DNA of 64,000 bases from positions 27,716 through 91,715 of the forward strand of contig JAKQPK010000004.1 in assembly GCA_029564765.1 (NCBI GenBank), given 5' to 3'. Under the pieces are notes generated by a model. That model was not told the origin of the DNA. It made no database searches and saw only the letters and a program-made list of their open reading frames with translations. Position numbers and translations under genes: made by a program. This document shows, piece after piece, positions 30,317 to 40,212 of this stretch. The stretch's first letter is position 1; each line of letters begins with the position of its first letter. The DNA is from Candidatus Omnitrophota bacterium (GTDB lineage Bacteria > Omnitrophota > Gorgyraeia > Zapsychrales > Aceulaceae).

Positions 30317-33300
30317 ACCTCCCTGAATTCGGCGTAAAACGTCCTGTCACCAATTTGATGATCTTTTCCGCGATCATTGTGTTAGCGATCTATAGCTTAT
30401 CACGTTTAGGTATCGACTCCATGCCAAAGATCGAACCTCCCGTGATCACGGTCATTTCCTCTTATCCGGGCGCTAGCCCTGAAGACGTGGAGGTTAAGGT
30501 CACAGAGCCTCTCGAGAATCAATTGGCGACAACACCCGGTCTGGAAAAGATCATCTCGCATTCCAGCGATGGGTTGTCCCTTATTTCGCTAAAATTTTCT
30601 TGGGAAACCGATCTTGATGCCGTTTCCAACGATATCCGTGACCGAATCGAGCTCGCCAAGCGATTTTTGCCAGATATCCCAGATGAAATGGACCTTCCAT
30701 TTATCTACAAGTTCAACACATCAAATATCCCGATCCTGTTTTTAGGGATCACCGGTCAGCAATCCTACGCGGAACTTTACGATATCATCGATAAGCGGGT
30801 CGCCGACTCATTACGCCAATTACCAGGTGTTGGAACGGTTGAGCTGATCGGAGGACTTGAGAGGCAGATCAATGTTTGGGCTGACCGCCAACGCCTAGAA
30901 GGCTACGGCCTTTCTGTTAATGACCTAGAAAACGCGTTACGCCAGGAGAATATTTCACAGCCTTTAGGCAAACTGAAATCCGGCTTAACGGATTATCTTG
31001 TTCGTTTACCTGGTGAATTCGCTAGCCCAAAAGAAATAGACAAGGTCATTCTCGCAAGGCAAGGGAATAAGCTTGTTTATTTGAAAGACGTCGCGCGTAT
31101 CGAGGATGGCTTTAAGGAAGTTGTTCTGAACGTCCGTATCAATCGTGCACCTGGCCTTCTTTTGATGATCCAAAAACAAACCGACACGAATACCGTTGAG
31201 GTCGCTCAGCGGGTCAAAAAAAGGCTAGATGAACTGCAAGGGGCCCTTCCCACGGATATCAAGATGTTCACGATCTTCGACAATTCACAGGATATCATAG
31301 ACTCGCTCAACAATCTTAAGTCAACTGTATGGATCGGGATCGTTCTGGTCATTTTTGTTGTTTGGTTCTTCTTGCGTCGTCTTTTACCGAGCATCATCAT
31401 CGCCCTTACGATCCCTTTTTCCTTGCTGATCGCATTTATTTATTTATTTTTGAGCGGACGAACGATCAATGTCATCAGCCTTTCTTCCTTGGCGATCGCC
31501 GCGGGGATGATCGTGGATAACGCCATTGTTATTGTGGACAATGTTTACCGCAAGATCGAACATGGCAACCGGCCGAATGAAGCGGCGATCTTTGGATCTA
31601 AAGAAATGTTTTTGTCCATCGCCGCATCAACATTTACGACAGTCGTTGTTTTCTTGCCAATGCTTTTTCTAACAGGGGTTGTTGGTATCATGTTCGGCGA
31701 GCTCGCGATCATCGTGACGGTTACCTTGCTCGCCTCGCTATTCACGTCCTCAAGCTTTACCCCGATGTTATGTTCAAAATGGCTCATGCCTTCTAACGTA
31801 ATTGCCCAAAAAGTTCGACGTAATAACTTTTATGCCTTGTCTGAGAACGTTTTTAGGTCCTTGGAAAATATTTACGCAGCGATGCTTGCGTGGGCACTGC
31901 GTCACAAGAAGTTCGTGATGACGATGTTCGCGGGAGTTTTTGTGGCGACTTTATTCTTAACGCCTTTTATCGGTAACGAGTTTTCTCCGGAAGAGGATAC
32001 CGGCGATCTGAGGCTCACGATCAATTTACCGCTTGGAACACGCCTGGAAGAAACAGATCAGATAGCGAGACGTGTCGAAGAGATCATACAGACACATGTC
32101 CCTGAGGCAAAATTTGTTTTTTGTCGTACAGGTGACGCCCCTGGCCGCGCGCGGGCAAGCGGCCAAGAAACAGGGCCGCATATCATTACGAGTGGCGCCA
32201 AGCTTGTGCCTAAGACAGAGCGAAAACGATCAGATAAGGAGATCGCTCAGTTTTTAAGAAATGAATTTCGAAAGATACCTGGCGTCCTGAAGATCAACGT
32301 TTCCACAGGAAATCCCATTGGACGTCTTATTTCTGGAACAGGCGGAAAAACGGTTCAGGTGGAGATCGTTGGGAATTCTTTTGAAGAAACAGATAGGGTG
32401 GCGAATACCATTAAGACTATGATGGAAAAGATCCCTGGGACGGTCGATGTTTCTATCTCTCGAGAGTTGAACAGGCCAGAGCTCATTATTGAGATCAACA
32501 GGGAAAAAGCAGCTGTTTTAGGGCTTACGATGAATGATATCGCCAAAAATCTAAACACCGCGATCGCGGGATCCACCGCGACAAAATATCGCGAAAAAGG
32601 CGAAACTTATGACATTGTCGTCCGCTTAGAAGAATCGTCACGTCAGAAGATCGAAGACCTCGAAAACCTTTCGATCTTATCACCAGCAAGAAATCAACAG
32701 ATCAAGTTGTCCAATATCGCAACGATCGCTGAAGTGCTGGGGCCTGTCAATATTGAACGACAAAATCGTGAACGCGTTGTCCGCGTGGAATGCAATACGT
32801 TCAAGCGCTCTTCGGGCAAGGTGGTTGACGATATTAAAAAAGAGCTGAAGAACATTGTTTTGCCGTCCAATATCATGGTCAGCATCGGTGGAGAGGCGGA
32901 TGAGCAGCGCAAAGCCTTTGGCGACCTTGGCTTACTTTTGCTTTTGGGCGTAACTCTTGTATACATGATCATGGCGGCACAATTTGAATCACTCGTCGAT
33001 CCGTTCATCATCATGTTCTCGATCCCTTTTACTTTTGTAGGTATTATTTTGGCGATGTTCTTGACGGGAACAACATTAAGCGTGATCAGTTATCTAGGCA
33101 TCATCATGCTTATGGGTATTGTTGTTAATAACGCGATCGTTTTGATCAGTTATATCATTATCTTGCGCAGGAGGGGAGCGTCCATGCAAGAGGCGGTAAC
33201 GGTGGCAGGGAAAGAGCGTCTACGTCCTGTCTTGATGACCACGGTAACGACACTTGCGGGATTCTTACCTCTAGCGTTCTCTCAAGGGGTCGGATCAGAA

Positions 33301-33435
33301 ACATGGCAGCCTTTAGGGATCACGATGTCTGGCGGGCTCGCTGTTTCAACGATGATCACGATGATCTTTGTCCCCACATTTTATGCTATTATACACAAAG
33401 AAAGGCCGAAAAATAAGGACGGTGCTCATGCTTAA
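30313..33435 (+). CDS. RND efflux pump inner-membrane component (AcrB/HAE1-like)
   Basis: 1040 aa, 12-TM topology with two large periplasmic loops and conserved AcrB-type TM motifs. Confidence 0.9.
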   Translation: MNLPEFGVKRPVTNLMIFSAIIVLAIYSLSRLGIDSMPKIEPPVITVISSYPGASPEDVEVKVTEPLENQLATTPGLEKIISHSSDGLSLISLKFSWETDLDAVSNDIRDRIELAKRFLPDIPDEMDLPFIYKFNTSNIPILFLGITGQQSYAELYDIIDKRVADSLRQLPGVGTVELIGGLERQINVWADRQRLEGYGLSVNDLENALRQENISQPLGKLKSGLTDYLVRLPGEFASPKEIDKVILARQGNKLVYLKDVARIEDGFKEVVLNVRINRAPGLLLMIQKQTDTNTVEVAQRVKKRLDELQGALPTDIKMFTIFDNSQDIIDSLNNLKSTVWIGIVLVIFVVWFFLRRLLPSIIIALTIPFSLLIAFIYLFLSGRTINVISLSSLAIAAGMIVDNAIVIVDNVYRKIEHGNRPNEAAIFGSKEMFLSIAASTFTTVVVFLPMLFLTGVVGIMFGELAIIVTVTLLASLFTSSSFTPMLCSKWLMPSNVIAQKVRRNNFYALSENVFRSLENIYAAMLAWALRHKKFVMTMFAGVFVATLFLTPFIGNEFSPEEDTGDLRLTINLPLGTRLEETDQIARRVEEIIQTHVPEAKFVFCRTGDAPGRARASGQETGPHIITSGAKLVPKTERKRSDKEIAQFLRNEFRKIPGVLKINVSTGNPIGRLISGTGGKTVQVEIVGNSFEETDRVANTIKTMMEKIPGTVDVSISRELNRPELIIEINREKAAVLGLTMNDIAKNLNTAIAGSTATKYREKGETYDIVVRLEESSRQKIEDLENLSILSPARNQQIKLSNIATIAEVLGPVNIERQNRERVVRVECNTFKRSSGKVVDDIKKELKNIVLPSNIMVSIGGEADEQRKAFGDLGLLLLLGVTLVYMIMAAQFESLVDPFIIMFSIPFTFVGIILAMFLTGTTLSVISYLGIIMLMGIVVNNAIVLISYIIILRRRGASMQEAVTVAGKERLRPVLMTTVTTLAGFLPLAFSQGVGSETWQPLGITMSGGLAVSTMITMIFVPTFYAIIHKERPKNKDGAHA

Positions 33436-33724
33436 AATGATTTTGATCGCATATAATGAATCTGTCGATCAGGAAATACATGATCTTTTAAGCTCCTGCA
33501 TGGTTAAGCCGAACTATACGAAGGTTGCTGGCACCTTTGGGCGTGGATCATCATCAGGAACGCATGAGGGGACTGATGTATGGCCGGGGCGCAATAATCT
33601 ATTATATGTCGCGTGCACGGCAATGGAAGCGCAGCGGATTATATCCGCTGTCCGTGAATTGCGCAAAACCTTAGGCAAAGATGGGGTTAAGGCTTTTCTT
33701 CAGCCGTTAGAAGAGATCACGTAA
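33427..33724 (+). CDS. small PII-fold-like protein translationally coupled to the RND pump
   Basis: 99 aa (MLKMILIAYNESVDQE...KVAGTFGRG...LLYVACTAMEAQRIISAV) resembles nitrogen-regulatory PII/DUF3240-like small proteins. ATG overlaps the RND stop. Confidence 0.4.
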
Positions 33725-33751
33725 GCGTAAAAGCTAAAAAAAATTGATAAA

Positions 33752-35308
33752 ATGAAAAAGAACCGAGATTCTTGGTCATCGCGCTTAGGCATTATCATGG
33801 CCGTTGCGGGATCGGCTATCGGCCTGGGTAATTTCCTTAGGTTTCCCGCGAAGGTCGCCATGAATGGCGGTGGGGCGTTCATGGTTCCATACTTTATTTC
33901 ATTATTGCTCTTAGGCGTGCCTTTGGTCTGGGTGGAGTGGACGCTTGGCCGTTATGGCGGCGGCTTTGGGCACGGGACAGCGCCTGGCATCTTTCATAGT
34001 ATCTGGCAGAAAAATCGCTTTATTAAATACTTTGGCGTCATTGGCATATTTGGCCCTTTAGTTATTTTTTCGTATTATCTTTTTATTGAATCATGGACTC
34101 TTGCCTATAGCGTCTTTTCTTTTCTTGGAAAATACCAGTTGATCACTGACCAGCAGGGGATGAAGGCCTTTTTGTCCGGCTACCAAGGTCTGACGCAAAA
34201 TCAATATTTTTCCAGCATTATGCCAGCATACACATTCTTTCTTGTGACATTCATTGCGAATATCGTGATCATTTACCATGGTATCAAAAAAGGGATCGAA
34301 AAATTTTGCAGGATCGCGATGCCATTATTATTTTTCTTTAGCGTGATCCTCTTTGTTCGTGTCTTGACCCTTGGGACCCCTGATCCATTAAAGCCGGATT
34401 GGAACATCGTCAACGGCCTTGGTTTTGTCTGGAATCCAGACTTTTCTTCACTCTTGAACGCAAAAGTCTGGCTTGAAGCAGCAGGGCAGATCTTTTTTAC
34501 CCTCAGCGTCGGTATTGGCGTTATATTGACCTATGCGAGTTATTTATCAAAAGCGGACGATGTCGTCTTGTCCGGCACGACCGCGATCAGCACCAATACG
34601 GTCGCTGAAGTCATCTTGGGCGGGACGATCATTTTGCCAGCGGCATTTGTTTTCTTTGGCCCCAACGATACGCAATCGGTCGCGAATTCTGGCATTTTCA
34701 ATCTTGGCTTTGTGACAATGCCTTTGATCATCAACCAATTGCCTTTCGCGCAAATATTTGGCTTTGCCTGGTTCTTTCTTCTGTTCCTTGCCGGCATCAC
34801 TTCATCTGTCTCGTTGGCTCAACCAGCGGTCGCTTTTCTTGAAGATGAATTCAATATCTCTCGCAAAAAAGCTGTTGGTATCTTCGCGATCGTTGCCTTT
34901 ATTTTATGTCAACCTGCGATTTTTTTCTTGAAGAACGGGGTTGTTGATGAGCTTGATTTTTGGGGAGGAACGTTCTTTTTGGTCCTTTTTGCGACCGTTG
35001 AAGTCATCCTCTTTTCCTGGGTTTTTGGTATGAATAAAGCCTGGGATGAGATCCATCAGGGAGCAGATATGCGCATACCAAGGATCTACAGGTTCATTAT
35101 CAAATACATCACTCCTGCCTTTTTATTCATCATCTTAGGTGTTTGGCTCTTTCAAGAATGGCTACCGCTTATTATGATGAAGAATGTCGCGGCCAGCGAT
35201 CAGCTCTATATTTTATTGACACGCGCAGGTCTGCTGTTTTTGCTATGCGTCCTTGCAGGGCTTGTCCATTTTGCCTGGAAAAAAAGAAAAATTCCGCAGA
35301 GATCGTAA
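33752..35308 (+). CDS. sodium-dependent transporter, NSS/SNF family
   Basis: GLGNFLRFP...GGGAF N-terminal NSS signature and 12 TM helices. Confidence 0.85.
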   Translation: MKKNRDSWSSRLGIIMAVAGSAIGLGNFLRFPAKVAMNGGGAFMVPYFISLLLLGVPLVWVEWTLGRYGGGFGHGTAPGIFHSIWQKNRFIKYFGVIGIFGPLVIFSYYLFIESWTLAYSVFSFLGKYQLITDQQGMKAFLSGYQGLTQNQYFSSIMPAYTFFLVTFIANIVIIYHGIKKGIEKFCRIAMPLLFFFSVILFVRVLTLGTPDPLKPDWNIVNGLGFVWNPDFSSLLNAKVWLEAAGQIFFTLSVGIGVILTYASYLSKADDVVLSGTTAISTNTVAEVILGGTIILPAAFVFFGPNDTQSVANSGIFNLGFVTMPLIINQLPFAQIFGFAWFFLLFLAGITSSVSLAQPAVAFLEDEFNISRKKAVGIFAIVAFILCQPAIFFLKNGVVDELDFWGGTFFLVLFATVEVILFSWVFGMNKAWDEIHQGADMRIPRIYRFIIKYITPAFLFIILGVWLFQEWLPLIMMKNVAASDQLYILLTRAGLLFLLCVLAGLVHFAWKKRKIPQRS

Positions 35309-35373
35309 TCACTAACTCCCTGCCTTTCTTTTTCGTATCGCTTAATAAATAAAAATAATCGTATATTGAATTT

Positions 35374-35426
35374 TTACTAATTCCCGATATAATGAATTGG
35401 GTCATTTCCATTCTCAGTTACTAATT
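35374..35426 (+). promoter_or_regulatory. two copies of TTACTAATT (35374-35382 and 35418-35426) flanking a TATAAT, upstream of pstS
   Basis: Exact 9-nt direct repeat 44 nt apart. Candidate regulator-binding sites. Confidence 0.3.
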
Positions 35427-35442
35427 GAAAGAATTTCGTCAA

Positions 35443-36305
35443 TGTTCACAAAACGACACGCGTTTCTGGTTTTTACGCTTTTAATATTCTGTACATCCTG
35501 CATTTTTAATCCACCCTCAAAAAATTCTTTGCAGATCAAAGGTTCGGACACAATGGTAAACCTAATACAGGCTTGGGCAGAGGATTTCATGTCCAAAGAC
35601 CCTGATGTGTTCATTGCTGTTACTGGCGGTGGTTCCGGAACAGGCATAGCCAGCTTGATCAATGGCACATGCGATATCGCGATGACGTCTCGCAACATCA
35701 AACCAAAAGAGATCAAGCTTGCTCAAAAACGCGGGATCGATCCTTTTGAGATCATTGCCGCCTTAGACGGCCTAGCCGTTGTCGTTCACCCTAAAAATCC
35801 AGTTAAAAAACTTACTATTGATCAGCTAGCTCAGATCTTTTCCGGTCATATCACTAATTGGAAAGATGTTGGCGGGATGGACCAAAGTATCGTTGTCCTT
35901 TCTAGGGAAGTAAATTCAGGGACACATATTTATTTTAAAGAACATGTTCTTCGGCAGAATAAAAAAGACTCGAAAGAAGAATTTGCTCCAACAGCGCTTT
36001 TGCTCTCATCGTCACAAGCCATCGCCGATGAAGTCGCGACAAATACAGGCGCAATAGGATATTACGGAATGGGTTATATTTCGCCAAAACATAAGGCGAT
36101 CGCCATTGCGCTTGATGAGCGTTCACCGTATGCGGATCCAACGATCGAAAATGTCATAAACCAGACTTATCCAATATCTAGGCCGCTATATTTGTACACA
36201 AAGGGTGAGCCTCAAGGCGCGATCAAGATGTTCATTGATTTTGCCCATTCACCGCAAGGGCAGGAGATAGTTTTGATCAATGATTTTGTTCCACTGCAGA
36301 AATAA
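35443..36305 (+). CDS. pstS: phosphate ABC transporter substrate-binding protein
   Basis: KGSDTMVNLIQAWAEDF...TGGGSGTGIASLINGTCDIAMTSR PstS signature. Start moved to MFTKRHAF with signal peptide. Confidence 0.85.
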
Positions 36306-36309
36306 TAAT

Positions 36310-37179
36310 ATGCGAAAGATCAAAGAATTTATTATTGAAAAGCTGATATTCTTCTGCGGCCTCGCGTCCATCTTTTTTGTTATCCTGATCTTCCTTTTCT
36401 TACTGAAGGAAGGGCTTTCCTTGCTGACGATCGTCGGCCCCTTTGAATTCCTTGCTGGAAAAAGCTGGTATCCGATCTCAGAACCGCCTCAGTTGGGTAT
36501 TTTACCATTGATCCTTGGCTCATTATTTGTGACTATTGGCGCGGCGATCATCTCTGTACCGATCGGGATAGCCTGCGCGGTCTATATCGCTGAGATCGCG
36601 CCCGCTAAGATCAAAGAGGTCCTTAAAGCGGGTATTGAGCTTTTAGCGGCGATCCCAAGCGTTGTGCTGGGGTTTATCGGCATGATGACCCTCGTTCCCT
36701 GGGTCAAGAATTTATTTGACATCCCCACAGGGTTAACTGCTTTTTCAGGTTCTATTATGCTCGCGTTCATGGCAATGCCAACGATCGTATCTATCGCCGA
36801 AGACGCGCTCTATTCTGTTCCGAAGTCTTATAAAGAAGGAGCTTTGGCTCTGGGGGCCACGCATTGGCAGACCATCTACCGCGTGATCCTGCCAGCGGCT
36901 AGTTCCGGGATCGTCGCGGCGGTCATGTTAGGTATCGGGCGAGTGATCGGAGAAACCATGGCAGTGATGATGATCACAGGCAACGCAGCAGCGATACCAA
37001 AAAGTATCCTGCAGCCCGTGAGAACATTGACGGCGACTATCGCTGCTGAAATGGGTGAGACCGTGGTCGGCAGTGAGCATTATTTTGCTTTGTTCGCGAT
37101 CGGCATTGTTTTATTCGTGATCAGCTTCGCGATCAATGTGACATCTGACTTTTTCTTGCATAAGGATCAAAGAGTATGA
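36310..37179 (+). CDS. pstC: phosphate ABC transporter permease PstC
   Basis: ABC permease with EAA-type loop; position in operon. Confidence 0.85.
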   Translation: MRKIKEFIIEKLIFFCGLASIFFVILIFLFLLKEGLSLLTIVGPFEFLAGKSWYPISEPPQLGILPLILGSLFVTIGAAIISVPIGIACAVYIAEIAPAKIKEVLKAGIELLAAIPSVVLGFIGMMTLVPWVKNLFDIPTGLTAFSGSIMLAFMAMPTIVSIAEDALYSVPKSYKEGALALGATHWQTIYRVILPAASSGIVAAVMLGIGRVIGETMAVMMITGNAAAIPKSILQPVRTLTATIAAEMGETVVGSEHYFALFAIGIVLFVISFAINVTSDFFLHKDQRV

Positions 37180-38021
37180 CATCACTTCAACGACAAAAGA
37201 TCGCATTTGCCCTTTTATTTCTCGCGAACCTTTTGGTCATTGTTCCGGTAGGATTGATCGTCTTCATTATCATCCAAAAAGGATGGCCGGCCATGACATG
37301 GCAGTTCATTACCGATATCCCACGCCAGGGAATGCGTGCCGGCGGCATCTTTCCCGCGATCGTGGGGACCATCTATTTGGTCTCTGGGGCTATCGTTTTC
37401 GCTTTACCCGTCGGTTTGCTGGCAGCGATCTATTTAAGTGAATACGCGAAAGACAACCTTTTAACACGCATCATCAAGCTCGCGATCGTTAACCTCGCGG
37501 GTGTTCCATCGGTCGTTTATGGACTTTTTGGCCTCGTTCTCTTTGTGTCTTTTTGCAAATTCGGCGCGTCGATCCTTTCTGGATCCTTGACACTTGGCAT
37601 TATGATATTGCCGATCATCATCACCGCGTCACGTGAGGCCTTAGAGAGCGTTCCTCATGTTTTTCGAGAGGTCAGCCTATCTCTTGGCGCGAGTAAATGG
37701 CAGACTATTCGCCACATTGTTCTGCCCAACGCCATCCCTGGAATTATTACCGGAACGATCCTGGGGATCGGCCGGGCCGCGGGGGAAACCGCGCCTATCC
37801 TTTTTACGGTAGCCGCTTTTTATCTGCCACGCCTTCCTTCGTCGGTTTTTGATCAGGTAATGGCCTTGCCGTATCACTTGTACGTGATCTCAACACAGGT
37901 CCCTAACGTTGATCCTAAGATCACCTATGGAACAGCGTTGGTTCTATTGATATTGGTGCTTTTTGTTAATTTGATCGCGATCATCATTCGCGCGCGATTT
38001 CGGAAGAAGAAAAAATGGTAA
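37176..38021 (+). CDS. pstA: phosphate ABC transporter permease PstA
   Basis: Second permease paralog, 4-nt overlap with pstC. Confidence 0.85.
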   Translation: MTSLQRQKIAFALLFLANLLVIVPVGLIVFIIIQKGWPAMTWQFITDIPRQGMRAGGIFPAIVGTIYLVSGAIVFALPVGLLAAIYLSEYAKDNLLTRIIKLAIVNLAGVPSVVYGLFGLVLFVSFCKFGASILSGSLTLGIMILPIIITASREALESVPHVFREVSLSLGASKWQTIRHIVLPNAIPGIITGTILGIGRAAGETAPILFTVAAFYLPRLPSSVFDQVMALPYHLYVISTQVPNVDPKITYGTALVLLILVLFVNLIAIIIRARFRKKKKW

Positions 38022-38761
38022 AGATCGATATCCAACGATTAAATATTTGGTTCGGGGCAGCCCAAGCGCTCAAGAATATCACCATGCAGGTGAAAAAAAA
38101 CGAGATCCTTTGCGCGATTGGCCCATCGAACAGCGGAAAAACATCATTCTTGCGCATGCTCAATCGCCTTAATGATCTTACGCTTAGCTTTCGTATGTCC
38201 GGCAGCGTTCTTTTGGATGGCCGCGATATCACAAAAATAGATATCGAGCTGATCCGCAAGAAGATCGGGATGGTGTTCGCGATGCCTTCGCCTTTGCCTT
38301 TATCCGTCTTCGACAATGTCGCATACGGGGTTCGCATGAGCGGTGTCCGTAATAAACACAGCCTCGAGGAGGCTGTGGAAACAGCCCTCAAGCAAGCGTA
38401 TCTTTGGCAAGAAATGAAGGATCGCCTGCATGAATCTGCTTTTAAGCTCTCAGGAGGGCAGCAGCAAAGACTTTGTATCGCTCGGACATTGGCTGTTCAG
38501 CCTGAAGTGATCTTGTTCGATGAACCATGTTCTGGCCTAGATCCGATCTCAACGGCAAAAGTGGAAGAAGCCATGCTAAAGTTGAAAAAAGATTATACGA
38601 TCATCCTTGTGACCAACAATGTCAAGCAGGCGGCTCGCGTCGGCGACCGAACAGCGTTCTTTCTGACCGGAGAACTGATCGAGCTCGATCAGACCGAAAA
38701 AATATTTACAGCGCCTTCTGACCGCCGCACGGATGATTATATTCGAGGGAGATTTGGTTGA
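38015..38761 (+). CDS. pstB: phosphate ABC transporter ATPase PstB1 with degenerate Q-loop and H-loop
   Basis: Walker A GPSNSGKT, signature LSGGQQQR and Walker B ILFDEPC are intact. Q-loop reads GMVFAMPSP (Gln to Ala) and H-loop reads LVTNN (His to Asn). Confidence 0.85.
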   Translation: MVKIDIQRLNIWFGAAQALKNITMQVKKNEILCAIGPSNSGKTSFLRMLNRLNDLTLSFRMSGSVLLDGRDITKIDIELIRKKIGMVFAMPSPLPLSVFDNVAYGVRMSGVRNKHSLEEAVETALKQAYLWQEMKDRLHESAFKLSGGQQQRLCIARTLAVQPEVILFDEPCSGLDPISTAKVEEAMLKLKKDYTIILVTNNVKQAARVGDRTAFFLTGELIELDQTEKIFTAPSDRRTDDYIRGRFG

Positions 38762-39507
38762 TGGCAAAGATCGAGATAAAAAACCTTGACCTATGGTATG
38801 GCGATTTTCAAGCGTTAAAAAATATCAATTTAGCGCTGGAAGAAAAACGCATCATCGCCGTTATCGGTCCATCCGGCTGTGGTAAATCCACGCTACTGCG
38901 TGTTTTTAATCGCATGAACGACCTTGTGGAAGGCATTAAAATTAAAGGCCAGTTCGTCATAGACGGTGAGAATATCCTGGACCAGAGGACCAACCTCGTG
39001 ACCCTTCGCAAGAAAGTGGGCATGGTCTTTCAACGCCCGAATCCTTTTCCGCTATCCATCTACGACAACCTTGTTTTTGGGCTTAAGGTCCACGGCATCA
39101 AACGCGACCTTGATCCATTCGTTGAGAAAAGTTTAAAAGCGGTCTTTCTTTGGGATGAGCTAAAAGATCGTCTAAACCGTTCTGCGTTTAGCTTGACGCT
39201 AGAGCAACGTCAACGCTTGTGCATCGCGCGCCTGATCGCTGTTAAACCGGATATCCTTTTGATGGATGAACCCTGTTCCGCCCTGGATCCACAATCAACG
39301 ACTGGCATCGAAGACCTTATGCGCGAGTTAAAAAAGAATTTCACGATCATCATTGTCACGCACAACATGCAACAGGCCGCCCGCGTCTCGGACGAAACGG
39401 GATTCATGCTGCTTGGAGAGCTTGTTGAATTCAATAAAACAGAGGTGATCTTTACAAAACCCCAAGATAGTCGGACCGAGGGTTATATCACAGGACGATA
39501 CGGTTAA
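38758..39507 (+). CDS. pstB: phosphate ABC transporter ATPase PstB2 with degenerate signature motif
   Basis: Walker [11 protein letters not shown]-loop GMVFQRPNP, Walker B LLMDEPC and H-loop VTHNM are intact. Signature reads LTLEQRQR instead of LSGGQQQR. Confidence 0.85.
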   Translation: MMAKIEIKNLDLWYGDFQALKNINLALEEKRIIAVIGPSGCGKSTLLRVFNRMNDLVEGIKIKGQFVIDGENILDQRTNLVTLRKKVGMVFQRPNPFPLSIYDNLVFGLKVHGIKRDLDPFVEKSLKAVFLWDELKDRLNRSAFSLTLEQRQRLCIARLIAVKPDILLMDEPCSALDPQSTTGIEDLMRELKKNFTIIIVTHNMQQAARVSDETGFMLLGELVEFNKTEVIFTKPQDSRTEGYITGRYG

Positions 39508-39516
39508 GGAGGCATC

Positions 39517-40200
39517 ATGCAAAGACATTTTGACGAAGATCTACGTAATTTGAACGCGAACATCATTAAAATGGCATCATTAGCAGAAGATGCCATTCAG
39601 AACGCCACGCGGGCGCTTAAAGACCAAGACCCGGCTTTGGCGCGTACTGTCATAAACAATGACCAACAGATCGATGAAATGGAGCTCTTCATTGAAGAGC
39701 AAGCGATCGACCTCTTGGCCCGTATGCAGCCAATGGCCAGCGACCTTCGTTTTATAACGACAGGAATGAAGATCAACGCGGAACTTGAACGTATCGCGGA
39801 TCTTGCTGTCAATATCGCCCATCGCGTCCTTGAGCTTTCGGGGATGCCGCATTTGAAGCCATTGGTCGATATCCCAAAACTTTCGGCACTGACCTCAAGC
39901 ATGGTCAAGAACGCGATCGATGCGTTCGTAAATCATGATGAAAGTATCGCGCGCAAGGTCATCCTTTCTGATTCTGAGGTCGACCAATTGAATAATGTTA
40001 TTCGTCAAGAGCTGGTCAATGACTACATGATCAAAGACAGCAAGACAGTGACCCGCGCCGTGCCTTTGCTTTTGATCGCGCGACACTTGGAAAGGATCGG
40101 CGATCACGCGACGAATATTGCGGAAGATGTCATTTATATGGTCCACGCCAAGATCGTGAAGCACCATCCTGAAAAGTTAGACGACGGACAATCCATTTAA
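39517..40200 (+). CDS. phoU: phosphate signaling complex protein PhoU
   Basis: Two PhoU repeats containing the conserved ExxxD-type motif (ELERIADLAVNIA, ERIGDHATNIAEDVIYM). Confidence 0.9.
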   Translation: MQRHFDEDLRNLNANIIKMASLAEDAIQNATRALKDQDPALARTVINNDQQIDEMELFIEEQAIDLLARMQPMASDLRFITTGMKINAELERIADLAVNIAHRVLELSGMPHLKPLVDIPKLSALTSSMVKNAIDAFVNHDESIARKVILSDSEVDQLNNVIRQELVNDYMIKDSKTVTRAVPLLLIARHLERIGDHATNIAEDVIYMVHAKIVKHHPEKLDDGQSI

Positions 40201-40212
40201 CGCGGAGGATCC

